From the NCBI GenBank assembly GCA_049323935.1, contig JBMONN010000004.1, positions 16,486 to 80,485 on the forward strand: a DNA stretch of 64,000 nt, read 5' to 3'. The notes below the pieces were generated by a model. That model saw nothing but the letters and a program-made list of their open reading frames with translations. It was not told where the DNA came from and did not search any database. Below, one piece after another: positions 48,630-57,394 of this stretch. The stretch's first letter is position 1. Every line of letters begins with the position of its first letter. The DNA is from Thermodesulfobacteriota bacterium. Lineage in GTDB: Bacteria > Desulfobacterota > Desulfobulbia > Desulfobulbales > SURF-16. A program made the translations under genes and the position numbers.

Positions 48630-51338
48630 ATGGCGTTTCTGACCCGCGGCGCGCTGCGGACCACTATCCCTCTCTTTCTTTTCCTCTCCACCCTCCTTGT
48701 CGGCTTGCTGTTCTGGGCAGTGAACACGGCCCGGGACAGCCGGGTGCTCGAAGGGCAGGCGGCGGAGAGTGTCAGGGTGCGGCTCAGTCAGGAGGAGCGC
48801 TTTCTTGAATATTTTTTAATCCGCGGCGACCTCAATCAGGTGCAGAAGCGCATTTCCCTGCTCGCCCTCGATCCGCGCATCCGGCACGCCTATCTGCTCT
48901 GCGAGGATGGGGAGATACTCGGCGCCACCCGGCTGGCCATGATCGGCAAACAGGTGGAGACGATCATTCCCGTCCTCTCCGGCCAGGAGCAATTCCTGCT
49001 GCGCGATTATGGGGCCGAGTTTCAGCAGGCCCATGGGCTGGCAACCCACCTCAGCGACGACCGCCGGGGCATTGTCGGCGTCTCCTCGATCCTCGATCTG
49101 CCGTCTCTGCATCATACCGACACCGATCGCGTGGTCCTCTTCCTCTACTATGATCTGGAGTCGGCCAAGGCGGCGGCCTGGCAAGCCCACGCCCGGCATC
49201 TGCTCGAATACGGCGGTTTTCTCACCCTTCTCGCCCTGGGCCTCTGGTTCTTTTTTCAGCACGTGCTGACCCGGCGGGTCGAGATTCTCCGCCGCATGGC
49301 GGGCCGTCTGGCCCAAGGGGATTACACGGCCAGAGCCAATCTCGATGGCAATGACGAGCTGGCCGAGCTGGGGGCGGCCTTTGACCGGATGGCGCAGGAG
49401 CGTCAGGGCATGGAGGAGCAGCTGCATCTGGTACGTGCCTCAATCGACAGCGCCCAGGATGCGATCTGCTGGAGTGATGCCCAGGGGCGATTTCGTTTTG
49501 TCAATGATGCGGCCTGCCGGCTGCTCGGTTACTCGCGGGAGGAGTTGCTTGCCTTGGGGCCCGTTGATATCGATCCGGGACTGGCGCCGGAGCAGTGGCC
49601 TGATCATTGGCAGAGACTGCTGGCGTGCGGCTCCATCAGCCTGGAAACAGAGCTGCGCGCCAAAGACGGCCAGCTCATTCCCGTCGATGTCTCCGCCAAT
49701 ATGGTGACCTGGGCCGAGCAGGTCTACGATTGCGCCTTTATCCGGGATATCCGCGAACGCAAGAATAGCGAGCGCTCACTGCGGTTGGCCAAGGAGGAAT
49801 GGGAACGGACCTTCGATGCCATCGCCGACATCGTCACCATTCTCGATCCGGACGGGTGCATTGTCCGGGCCAACCGCAGGGCCGTGGAAATCTTTGCCGT
49901 CCCTGCCGGTTCCCTGCAGGGGAAATTCTGTTATGAGATCTTCCGGGGGAGTGACAGCCCCTGCGCAGGCTGCCCGGTCCGGCCAGGGGCCGGGGACAGG
50001 GAAATGGTGAGTTGCGAAATCGCCCATGCCATCAGCAACAGGATGTTCCAGGTTTCCCTTTCGCCGATTGTCGATGACGTGAACCGGCTGATCGGCGTGG
50101 TCCATATCGCCAAGGACATCACCGAGCAGAAACAACTGGAGGGACAGCTCCAGCAGGCCCAGAAGATGGAGGCCATCGGCACCCTGGCGGGCGGCATCGC
50201 CCATGATTTCAACAATATTCTTACCCCGATTCTCGGCTATTCGGAAATGGTGCAGGCCGCCCTGCCGCCGGCGAGCCCGGCCGCCGCCGATATCGCCGAG
50301 GTTATCAGGGGCGCGAAGCGGGCCACTGAACTGGTCAAGCAGATTCTCACCTTCAGCCGGCAGACGGACGACAGGCCCCAGCCGCTGAAGGTGCAGTTTG
50401 TCGTCAAGGAGGCCTTGAAGCTGCTGCGTTCCTCCATTCCCGCCACCATTGCCATTCGCCAGCATATCGACGAGAGCTGCCCGGCGGTGCTGGCTAATCC
50501 TGTCCAGATTCATCAGATTGTCATGAACCTCTGCACCAACGCATTTCATGCCATGCGCGAGCAGGGGGGAACGCTCGGCGTTTCCCTGACCGCCTTTGCC
50601 CTGAGCACCAACGATTTGGCCAATAAAATCGGCATCGCCCCCGGTCCTTATATCAGGCTGGAGGTGAGCGATACCGGCCACGGCATCGCCCCCGATATCC
50701 TCGGCAGGATATTTGAACCCTATTTCACCACCAAGACCAAGGGCGAGGGCACCGGACTCGGCCTCTCGGTTGTCCACGGCATCGTCAGCCGGCTGCACGG
50801 TGCGGTGACCGTCTACAGTGAAGCGGGCACGGGCTCGACATTTCATGTCTATCTGCCGACCATTGCCGCCGGCCCGGTGCCGTGGCAGGAGGAGGGGGCA
50901 AGCGATGATCCCCGCAGCCGGGGAGATGAAAGGGTGTTGGTGGTGGATGATGAAAAGGTCATTGTTTCTCTGTTGCGGCAGATGCTGGCCGGTCTCGGTT
51001 ATGCGGTGTCCGCCTTCACGGACAGCCGGGAGGCACTGGCCGCCTTTGCTGCGGAGCCGGAAGACTGCGACCTGGTCATCACCGACATGACCATGCCGAA
51101 CCTGACCGGGGTACAGCTGTGCCGGGAGATGAAGGCGATCCGGCCGGACATTCCGGTTGTCCTCTGCACCGGCTACAGTGAACTGATTGATCGGGAAAAG
51201 GCGCTGGCGCTCGGGATCAGCGAGTACATCATGAAACCGGTGCTGCAGCGGGAGCTGGCCCGAATCGTTCGCCACCTGCTGGATAAAAGGCACGACGGTG
51301 AGGAGCGAGGCCATCGCGACGGGGAAGCTGATCGATAA
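48630..51338 (+). CDS. Hybrid sensor histidine kinase (periplasmic-like domain, HAMP, 2 PAS, HisKA, HATPase, REC)
   Basis: Two TM helices flank a ~170-aa ectodomain. HAMP (RMAGRLAQGDYTARANLDGNDELAELGAAFDRM). One PAS domain carries FCYEIFRGSDSPCAGCP. H-box GGIAHDFNNILTPI. G-boxes DTGHGIAPD and GTGLGLSVVHGIV. REC (VLVVDDE..., VITDMTMPNLTG, KP). Confidence 0.85.
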   Translation: MAFLTRGALRTTIPLFLFLSTLLVGLLFWAVNTARDSRVLEGQAAESVRVRLSQEERFLEYFLIRGDLNQVQKRISLLALDPRIRHAYLLCEDGEILGATRLAMIGKQVETIIPVLSGQEQFLLRDYGAEFQQAHGLATHLSDDRRGIVGVSSILDLPSLHHTDTDRVVLFLYYDLESAKAAAWQAHARHLLEYGGFLTLLALGLWFFFQHVLTRRVEILRRMAGRLAQGDYTARANLDGNDELAELGAAFDRMAQERQGMEEQLHLVRASIDSAQDAICWSDAQGRFRFVNDAACRLLGYSREELLALGPVDIDPGLAPEQWPDHWQRLLACGSISLETELRAKDGQLIPVDVSANMVTWAEQVYDCAFIRDIRERKNSERSLRLAKEEWERTFDAIADIVTILDPDGCIVRANRRAVEIFAVPAGSLQGKFCYEIFRGSDSPCAGCPVRPGAGDREMVSCEIAHAISNRMFQVSLSPIVDDVNRLIGVVHIAKDITEQKQLEGQLQQAQKMEAIGTLAGGIAHDFNNILTPILGYSEMVQAALPPASPAAADIAEVIRGAKRATELVKQILTFSRQTDDRPQPLKVQFVVKEALKLLRSSIPATIAIRQHIDESCPAVLANPVQIHQIVMNLCTNAFHAMREQGGTLGVSLTAFALSTNDLANKIGIAPGPYIRLEVSDTGHGIAPDILGRIFEPYFTTKTKGEGTGLGLSVVHGIVSRLHGAVTVYSEAGTGSTFHVYLPTIAAGPVPWQEEGASDDPRSRGDERVLVVDDEKVIVSLLRQMLAGLGYAVSAFTDSREALAAFAAEPEDCDLVITDMTMPNLTGVQLCREMKAIRPDIPVVLCTGYSELIDREKALALGISEYIMKPVLQRELARIVRHLLDKRHDGEERGHRDGEADR

Positions 51339-51555
51339 ATGCCGACAGGATTTGGGTAGCCCCAACTGCAGGGGCGGTAGAAGGAAACGGTCAGGGTTGC
51401 TGCGATTGACTTTGTTTGCGCCTTCTGCATAGAATGTGGCAAGGCGGGGCGGGAAGCCTCCGCGGCCCAGGTTCAGCGTCGCGATGTGGAGGGAAAAGGT
51501 GTTTGCCGGAGTGGCCGACTTGTATGCGCACAAATAAAAACCGGAGGGCAATAAG

Positions 51556-53193
51556 GTGAAATGGTTTAAGAATCTCAGAGTAGGAGCCAGACTCATTCTC
51601 GGTTTCTCCGTCATGATTTGTTTTATGGCGGGGATTGGGGCTGCAGGCTACCTCGGCAGTGCCTCCATCGAGAAACAGCTTCGGCAGATTTTCACGGTCA
51701 ATCTGCCGGGCATCGATTATCTGATCGAGGCGGACCGGGATTTTCAGCAGCTGCTGGTGGCGGAGAGAACCATGATTTTTGCCGGGGCGACGACCGAACT
51801 CTTTGCCGGGCTGGTAAAAGAGTACGAGACCAATCTGCAGCAGGCCGGTGAGCGGTGGGAAAAGTACAAGAGCCTGGCGGTGAACCCGAAGGAGCAGGAA
51901 ATCATTCCCCGCTTCGAGCAGGCCCGTAGCGCCTGGCAGGTCATTTCCCGGCAGGTAGTGGAGAATTGTCGGGCCGGAACTCCGGAGGGAGAGCGGCTGG
52001 CCGTGGAGTTGAGCCTTGGCCAGGCCCGGATGAAATTCGAGGAGATGCGCGATTTCATCGATCAGCTCACTGAAATCAATCTGCAAATGGCGCAAGCCGC
52101 TCATCAACGATCGCAGCGGAACTATAAAACCGTTGTCATTACCCTCGTTCTTACCCTGGCAGCCGGCCTGCTGGCCGGTATCGTGCTGATTCTGGAGCTG
52201 GGGCGGGGAGTGACGCGACCGTTGCAGCGAGTGATCGCCGGTCTGTCGGCCGCCGCCGAACAGATTACCGCCGGTTCCGGTCATCTTGCCGCCGCCAGTC
52301 AGACCCTGGCCGAAGGGGCCTCCGAGCAGGCCGCCGCCATTGAGGAGACATCGGCGTCGATGGAGGAATTTACCTCCATGACCCGCGCCAATGCCGAAAA
52401 TGCCGGCCAGGCCCGGACCATGATGGTCACCGCCTCGGGCATCGTTCAGAAGGTCAGTCATCACATGGAGCAGATGACAGGGGCGATCACGGAAATCAAC
52501 CGGACCAGCGAGGAAACCGGCAAGATTATCAAGACCATTGACGAGATCGCCTTCCAGACCAATCTGCTGGCCTTGAATGCCGCGGTGGAGGCCGCCCGGG
52601 CCGGCGAGGCGGGTGCCGGTTTTGCGGTGGTGGCCGATGAGGTGCGCAATCTTGCCATGCGGGCCGCGGAGGCGGCCAAGAATACGGCGCAGCTCATTGA
52701 TGACACCATGAAGGCGGTCAAAAATGGCAATGAGCTGACCAGGGCGACCCAGGATGCCTTTGCTGAAAACATGGATATTGCCAGGAAGGTCGGCGAACTG
52801 GTGGAGGAGATTGCCGGTGCATCGGCCGAGCAGGCCAAAGGGATCGAGCAGATCAACCGGGCCATTGTCGAAATGGACAGCGTGGTCCAGCGGGTCGCCG
52901 CCAATGCCGAGGAATCCTCCTCCACCGCGGAGGAGATGAGCGCTCAGGCGGAACAGATGAAGGTGATGGTGGAGGATCTGGCCACGCTGGCGGGCCACGG
53001 CGCGGCTGGGGTGACCAGGGCGGGTGGTGGCGGAAAACCGAAGGGGCCGGCCCAGAGGAGCGTTTCCGGCCAACCGGGTCCGGCCCGGCCGACCGGGGGG
53101 GAAGAACCGCAAATGCCGAAGGCGCTGCCCGGCCGACGGGTGAAGGCGGAAGAGGTGATTCCCCTTGATGACGAGGAGTTCACCAGATTCTGA
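51556..53193 (+). CDS. Methyl-accepting chemotaxis protein (4-helix-bundle sensor, HAMP, signalling domain)
   Basis: GTG start after GGAGGG. N-terminus [17 protein letters not shown] is typical of 4HB MCPs. Signalling tip [46 protein letters not shown]. Confidence 0.9.
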   Translation: MKWFKNLRVGARLILGFSVMICFMAGIGAAGYLGSASIEKQLRQIFTVNLPGIDYLIEADRDFQQLLVAERTMIFAGATTELFAGLVKEYETNLQQAGERWEKYKSLAVNPKEQEIIPRFEQARSAWQVISRQVVENCRAGTPEGERLAVELSLGQARMKFEEMRDFIDQLTEINLQMAQAAHQRSQRNYKTVVITLVLTLAAGLLAGIVLILELGRGVTRPLQRVIAGLSAAAEQITAGSGHLAAASQTLAEGASEQAAAIEETSASMEEFTSMTRANAENAGQARTMMVTASGIVQKVSHHMEQMTGAITEINRTSEETGKIIKTIDEIAFQTNLLALNAAVEAARAGEAGAGFAVVADEVRNLAMRAAEAAKNTAQLIDDTMKAVKNGNELTRATQDAFAENMDIARKVGELVEEIAGASAEQAKGIEQINRAIVEMDSVVQRVAANAEESSSTAEEMSAQAEQMKVMVEDLATLAGHGAAGVTRAGGGGKPKGPAQRSVSGQPGPARPTGGEEPQMPKALPGRRVKAEEVIPLDDEEFTRF

Positions 53194-53219
53194 AAATGGC
53201 CGGAAAAGACAGGCGGCAA

Positions 53220-53243
53220 GGGGGGGGCGGCATCGTCCCCCCC
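53220..53243. terminator. Convergent (bidirectional) terminator hairpin between the MCP and PhnD-like genes
   Basis: GGGGGGGG-CGGCATCGT-CCCCCCC, flanked by AA and TTT. Confidence 0.45.
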
Positions 53244-53283
53244 TTTGCTGTTGATGGTCTGGCCGACAGCGGAAAGCCGTCCG

Positions 53284-54120
53284 TTATTTCAACGGAATTT
53301 TTGCATCAACCTGCTTCATGATTTCGTAAAGCTTCGCATACTCAGCCGGATCGATGGCGGCAAAACCGGTCAGCGACTTGCCGATGGCGGTATAGACCTC
53401 GGGGTTCTTGACGTTGATCAGGGCCTGCCTGATTTTCTCGAAGGTCGCGTCATCGACCCTTGAGCCGACGACGATGACGTGTTCCGGCACCGGCTCGGAC
53501 TCGGCGACGATTTTCAGCCCTTTGTCGAGATAGGTCTGGGCCACCGAGGGCTGCATGCCGCCGGCGTCAAAGGCCTTGTTCAACACGCCCAGGGCGACGT
53601 TGTCGTGGGAGCCGACAAACTTGTAGGTCATGCCGTCGAAGATGCCGGCCGTCATCAGCATGTAGGCCGGCATGTAGCAGGACAGGGTCGATTCCCGGTC
53701 GCCGAAGGCGAAGTTCTTGCCCTTGAGGTCGGCCAGCGTACTGATCGGCGACTCCTGGCGGGCGACAATGACCCCCTTGAAGCTCGGCGTTCCCTTGCTG
53801 AGGACCACCGCGGCGATGCGGATCTTGCCGGGATGCTCGTTGTTGACCATGGCGAACAGCGACGGTCCCAGGTAGGAGATGTCGATTTCGCCGTTGATCA
53901 GGGCCTGTTTCGATGCGTCGTAGTCCTTGGCGCTGCGGAAGGATATCTCGGCCCCCAGCTCGGCGCCGAGATAGTCGCGCAAGGGCTTGAACATTTTCCC
54001 CAGTTCCGTCGGGTTTTTGAACGGATGGACGCCGAAGACGTAACTGTCTGCCGCCTGACTGCCGGTGGTGATCAGCAGCAGGCAAAAAAACATTGCCAAC
54101 AATACCACGGTTTTTTTCAT
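53284..54120 (-). CDS. PhnD-family (phosphonate/phosphite-type) periplasmic substrate-binding protein
   Basis: Signal peptide MKKTVVLLAMFFCLLLITTGSQA. YVFGVHPFKNPTELGKMFKPLRDYL...AKDYDASKQALINGEIDISYLGPSLF and GKNFAFGDRESTLSCYMP are a typical PhnD pattern. No ABC permease or ATPase gene is adjacent. Confidence 0.75.
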   Translation of the reverse strand: MKKTVVLLAMFFCLLLITTGSQAADSYVFGVHPFKNPTELGKMFKPLRDYLGAELGAEISFRSAKDYDASKQALINGEIDISYLGPSLFAMVNNEHPGKIRIAAVVLSKGTPSFKGVIVARQESPISTLADLKGKNFAFGDRESTLSCYMPAYMLMTAGIFDGMTYKFVGSHDNVALGVLNKAFDAGGMQPSVAQTYLDKGLKIVAESEPVPEHVIVVGSRVDDATFEKIRQALINVKNPEVYTAIGKSLTGFAAIDPAEYAKLYEIMKQVDAKIPLK

Positions 54121-54580
54121 CTTTCTCCTCCTTGCGTGTCAATAAGTAATTTGCCTCGGGAAAAAAACGGAGATGGGATCACAGGGCGTTCTGTTTAACT
54201 ATTTGGCAATTGGCAGAAAAACAGGAAGCCGGTATTGGCTGAATGCTGCCCGTCAATGCTCATTATGCGCACAGGCGACTCGGTCCCGTCAAGAACTTTC
54301 GTGAATCCTGCCCTGACAGGGACAACGCGCACCGGGCCGGTGTTGCCAAGTGTCTGTGGTTACATTGTGGCACAGGGGGAATCCGGCTCTGATCAGCGGT
54401 CATGAAATTTCTTGATTACCGTCTCGTCATCTGCCTAAGATGATGGAATCAGCCTGAGGGACGGGACGGCCGACTGGGTCGGTTTTTCTCGTGCGACGCA
54501 TCAACTGGGCGGCCGCATCAAAAAGACGGCCGCGGTCCCCGGTGGCTTCTGGGACAAGGTGAAACGACAAGAAAAAAGGT

Positions 54581-56425
54581 ATGTTCTGGAAAATTTTTCA
54601 TGCAAAAAGCGCCACCGTACGGCGGGATTTTCCCGCTGCCTGGCGACCGGCCCTCGATTCCTCGCTGGCCACCCTCCATCAGCTGGCCGGGGCCACGGAA
54701 AACGAATTTTTGCAGATCGGCGAACAGATGCAGGGCATTTATCTTCGTTCCGGGGAGATCACCCGGCTGGCCGATCATCTCGTCGAGTCGGCCTCCGGCG
54801 GCCGGATGCAGACCCTGCTCGAACGTCTGCGGCGAATGATGGCGGACATGGAGGATTATCTGGCCAGAGCGCGCAGCCGCAATGCCGATACCTTCGCCAC
54901 CCTGCGCCGTGTCCAGGAGCTGCTGGGGGGGATCTCCGCCCCGCTTCATGGCTTTCGCAAGATGGATATGACCCTGCATATGCTCGGCGTTTCCATCAAG
55001 ATCGAAAGCGCCCGTCTCGGCGACCTGGGCGCCGGTTTCGTCAATCTCGCCCTGGATGTGGAAAAACTCTCCCGCCAGATCAACGATAAATCCGAGGCGA
55101 TCATTCAGCACCAGCGCCTGCTGGCCGCCATGCTTGATGAAAATATCGAGGTGGTTGCCTCTACCGAATCGGTGCATGACGCCGAGGTCTCGGCCGCCCT
55201 CGCCGGCAGCGCCGACAGTCTCCATGCCCTCGAAGCGGTCAATGACCGTTTCACCCGACTGGGCGCCATGGTCGCCGCCGTCTCCGGTGAGATTGCCGGC
55301 AATATCGGCGCAGTGGTCTCTTCCATGCAGTTTCATGATATCCACCGGCAGCAGGTGGAGCATGTCGCCGAGGCCCTGGCAGGCCTGGCCGCGGATCTTG
55401 ACGCCGCCGCCTGCACCGACCGGGTGCGGGAGGCGTGCCGAGCCCTGATCGTCGAGACCGGTAATGTCTGCGAGCTGCAGGAGGCGCAACTGCGCTTCGC
55501 CGCCTCCGAGTTTCATGCCCAGGTCGCCTCGATTGTCGAAAACCTGCGCGAGGTGGCCCGCAAGCAGACGGCTCTGGGGGAAGAAACCCTGGCCCTGGCC
55601 GGAATGGGAGAGGGAGAGGACGCCTCGTTTCTCGACGGCATCAGTCGGGGCATGGCAACCGTCACCCGTTTGCTCGGTACCTTTGCCGGCGCGGATCGGG
55701 AAATGGCCGCCGCCCTCAAACAGGTGGCCGCAACCATCAGCGAAATCACCGTCTTTGTTGCCGATATCGAGTCCATCGGCTACGCCACCGTTCATATCGC
55801 TTTAAATGCCCAGATCAAAGCAGCCCACAGCGGGGTGGAAGGGGCGGCCCTCGAGGTGCTGGCCAAGGAGATCAAGCAACTCTCCGACGAAACGGTGCAG
55901 CAGACCGATGCCATCGCCACCGCCTTGGGGGAAATCAATGACCAGACAAAGCACCTTGCCCATACCGCCGATGAGGCCGAAGCGGTGCTTTCGTCCCGCA
56001 TCAGCGGCATGGGCGGCGAGGTTGAGGAAATTGTCCGTGTCCTTGGCGAGATGAGCGTCGAGCTGCGGGAGATCCTCGGCCGCTTGCATGACATGGTCGG
56101 TTCCTTGAGCGAGGAGGTGGAGCAGGTCACCGGCGGCATCGACGTCCATGAACGAAGTCACGCCATGGCCGAAGAGGTGGCGGCGGTGCTGCATGGGATT
56201 GTCGGCGAGTCCCGGGAGCTGGAGCCGGCCACCGAAGAATTTAAGGAAAATCTGCGGCGGATGGAAGAGCGCTATACCATGGAAAGCGAACGGCGCATCC
56301 ATGAGGCCATCGCCGCCCGCCGGGCCGGCCAATCGACCCAGGCCGCTGCGCCGGAGCAGATCCGCAGCGACGAGGCGCCGGCGACCGGGGAATCGGAATT
56401 CGGCGACAACGTCGATCTTTTTTGA
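54581..56425 (+). CDS. Soluble, highly divergent MCP-like protein with two signalling-tip-like segments
   Basis: No TM helix. There are two segments resembling the MCP hairpin tip. The first is MLGVSIKIESARLGDLGAGFVNLALDVEKLSRQ (nt ~54977-55080). The second is IALNAQIKAAHSGVEGAALEVLAKEIKQLSDET (nt ~55797-55895). The rest is long, helical and Ala/Glu-rich. It heads the STAS-cheY-cheA cluster. Confidence 0.6.
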   Translation: MFWKIFHAKSATVRRDFPAAWRPALDSSLATLHQLAGATENEFLQIGEQMQGIYLRSGEITRLADHLVESASGGRMQTLLERLRRMMADMEDYLARARSRNADTFATLRRVQELLGGISAPLHGFRKMDMTLHMLGVSIKIESARLGDLGAGFVNLALDVEKLSRQINDKSEAIIQHQRLLAAMLDENIEVVASTESVHDAEVSAALAGSADSLHALEAVNDRFTRLGAMVAAVSGEIAGNIGAVVSSMQFHDIHRQQVEHVAEALAGLAADLDAAACTDRVREACRALIVETGNVCELQEAQLRFAASEFHAQVASIVENLREVARKQTALGEETLALAGMGEGEDASFLDGISRGMATVTRLLGTFAGADREMAAALKQVAATISEITVFVADIESIGYATVHIALNAQIKAAHSGVEGAALEVLAKEIKQLSDETVQQTDAIATALGEINDQTKHLAHTADEAEAVLSSRISGMGGEVEEIVRVLGEMSVELREILGRLHDMVGSLSEEVEQVTGGIDVHERSHAMAEEVAAVLHGIVGESRELEPATEEFKENLRRMEERYTMESERRIHEAIAARRAGQSTQAAAPEQIRSDEAPATGESEFGDNVDLF

Positions 56426-56552
56426 TGATTTCGTAAAACTGAATATTAACCACAGAGACCACAGAGTTCCCTGAGATAACTGTTCGTAATAAAGGATTTT
56501 TTCTCTGCGTTCTCAGTACGCTCTGTGGTGAAAAAAGACTTTTTACGGGTTT
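56424..56552 (+). repeat. Full copy of MITE/REP-like palindromic element (overlaps the stop codon of the MCP-like gene)
   Basis: GATGATTTCGTAAAACTGAATATTAACCACAGAGACCACAGAG...GATAAC...TTCTCTGCGTTCTCAGTACGCTCTGTGGTGAAAAAAGACTTTTTACGGGTTTG. It aligns along its whole length with 31464-31597. Confidence 0.7.
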
Positions 56553-56666
56553 GTCTTTTTTAGGTGACGACCGGTGCTCTTTTCCTGATGCGGTGCGAAC
56601 GGCATGGCGCCAGCGGAGGAGGCGAGCGGTCGTCACGGACTTCTGAGAAGGGGAGGAAGAAACGCT

Positions 56667-57023
56667 ATGGATGAGCAGACAAGTAATGATTCGGGGCAGG
56701 AGAAGGGTGAACTCCTTCTTGACAGCGGTCCCCGCTTGACCATTGAAAACGCCGGTGAGTTCGCCCAACGCATCAGCGCGGGACTGGCGGCGGGCCAGGA
56801 TGTCGCCCTTTCCTTTGCCCGTGATGTCGAGATCGACATCACGGTTCTGCAGATTCTCTGTTCCGCCTGCAAAACAGCGGCGAGCCAGGGACGAACCATT
56901 GCCCTGCGCGGGAAGCGGCCCGCCGCCCTTGACGCACTGGTCGAGGCCTGCGGGGCGCGGCAGCCGGAAACCTGTAAACAGCACAACGATACGATCTGTA
57001 CCTGGTTTGGAGAGGAAAAATAA
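56667..57023 (+). CDS. STAS-domain protein (anti-sigma-antagonist-like, chemotaxis-cluster associated)
   Basis: ATG follows AGGGGAGGAAG. LTIENAGEFAQRISAGLAAGQDVALSFARDVEIDITVLQILCSACKTAASQGRTIAL is the STAS beta-alpha pattern. No conserved phosphorylatable Ser is obvious. Confidence 0.55.
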   Translation: MDEQTSNDSGQEKGELLLDSGPRLTIENAGEFAQRISAGLAAGQDVALSFARDVEIDITVLQILCSACKTAASQGRTIALRGKRPAALDALVEACGARQPETCKQHNDTICTWFGEEK

Positions 57024-57391
57024 TGGCAAAACTGATCATGACGGCGGATGATTCCGCCAGTGTCCGGCAGATGGTGGCCTTTACCCTCCGGCAGAACGGC
57101 TATGAGGTCGTCGAGGCGGTTGACGGGCAGGATGCCTTGAACAAACTGACCACCCAGAAGGTCGACATGCTGCTCACCGATCTCAACATGCCGAATCTCG
57201 ACGGCATCGGCCTGATCAAGGGGGTGCGCAGCGGCGGTCCGAACAAGTTCATTCCCATCATCATGCTGACCACCGAATCCCAGGATTCGAAGAAGGCGGA
57301 AGGCAAGGCGGCCGGCGCCACCGGCTGGATCGTCAAGCCATTCAAGCCGGAACAGCTGATCGCGGTGACCAAGAAGGTTTTAGGGGGGTAA
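57023..57391 (+). CDS. cheY: CheY-like single-domain response regulator
   Basis: 122 aa. Motifs ADDSASVRQM, MLLTDLNMPNLDG, IIMLTTE and VKPF, i.e. the acidic pocket, phospho-Asp, and T and K residues. Confidence 0.9.
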   Translation: MAKLIMTADDSASVRQMVAFTLRQNGYEVVEAVDGQDALNKLTTQKVDMLLTDLNMPNLDGIGLIKGVRSGGPNKFIPIIMLTTESQDSKKAEGKAAGATGWIVKPFKPEQLIAVTKKVLGG

Positions 57392-57394
57392 CTC

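Noticed and set aside
54362-54385. ACATTGTGGCACAGGGGGAATCC: a TGGCAC -24-like box upstream of the MCP-like gene
   Set aside because: There is no GC dinucleotide at the required -12 position (AT instead), so it is not a credible sigma54 promoter as it stands. It is kept only as an occurrence of the extended ATTGTGGCAC motif.
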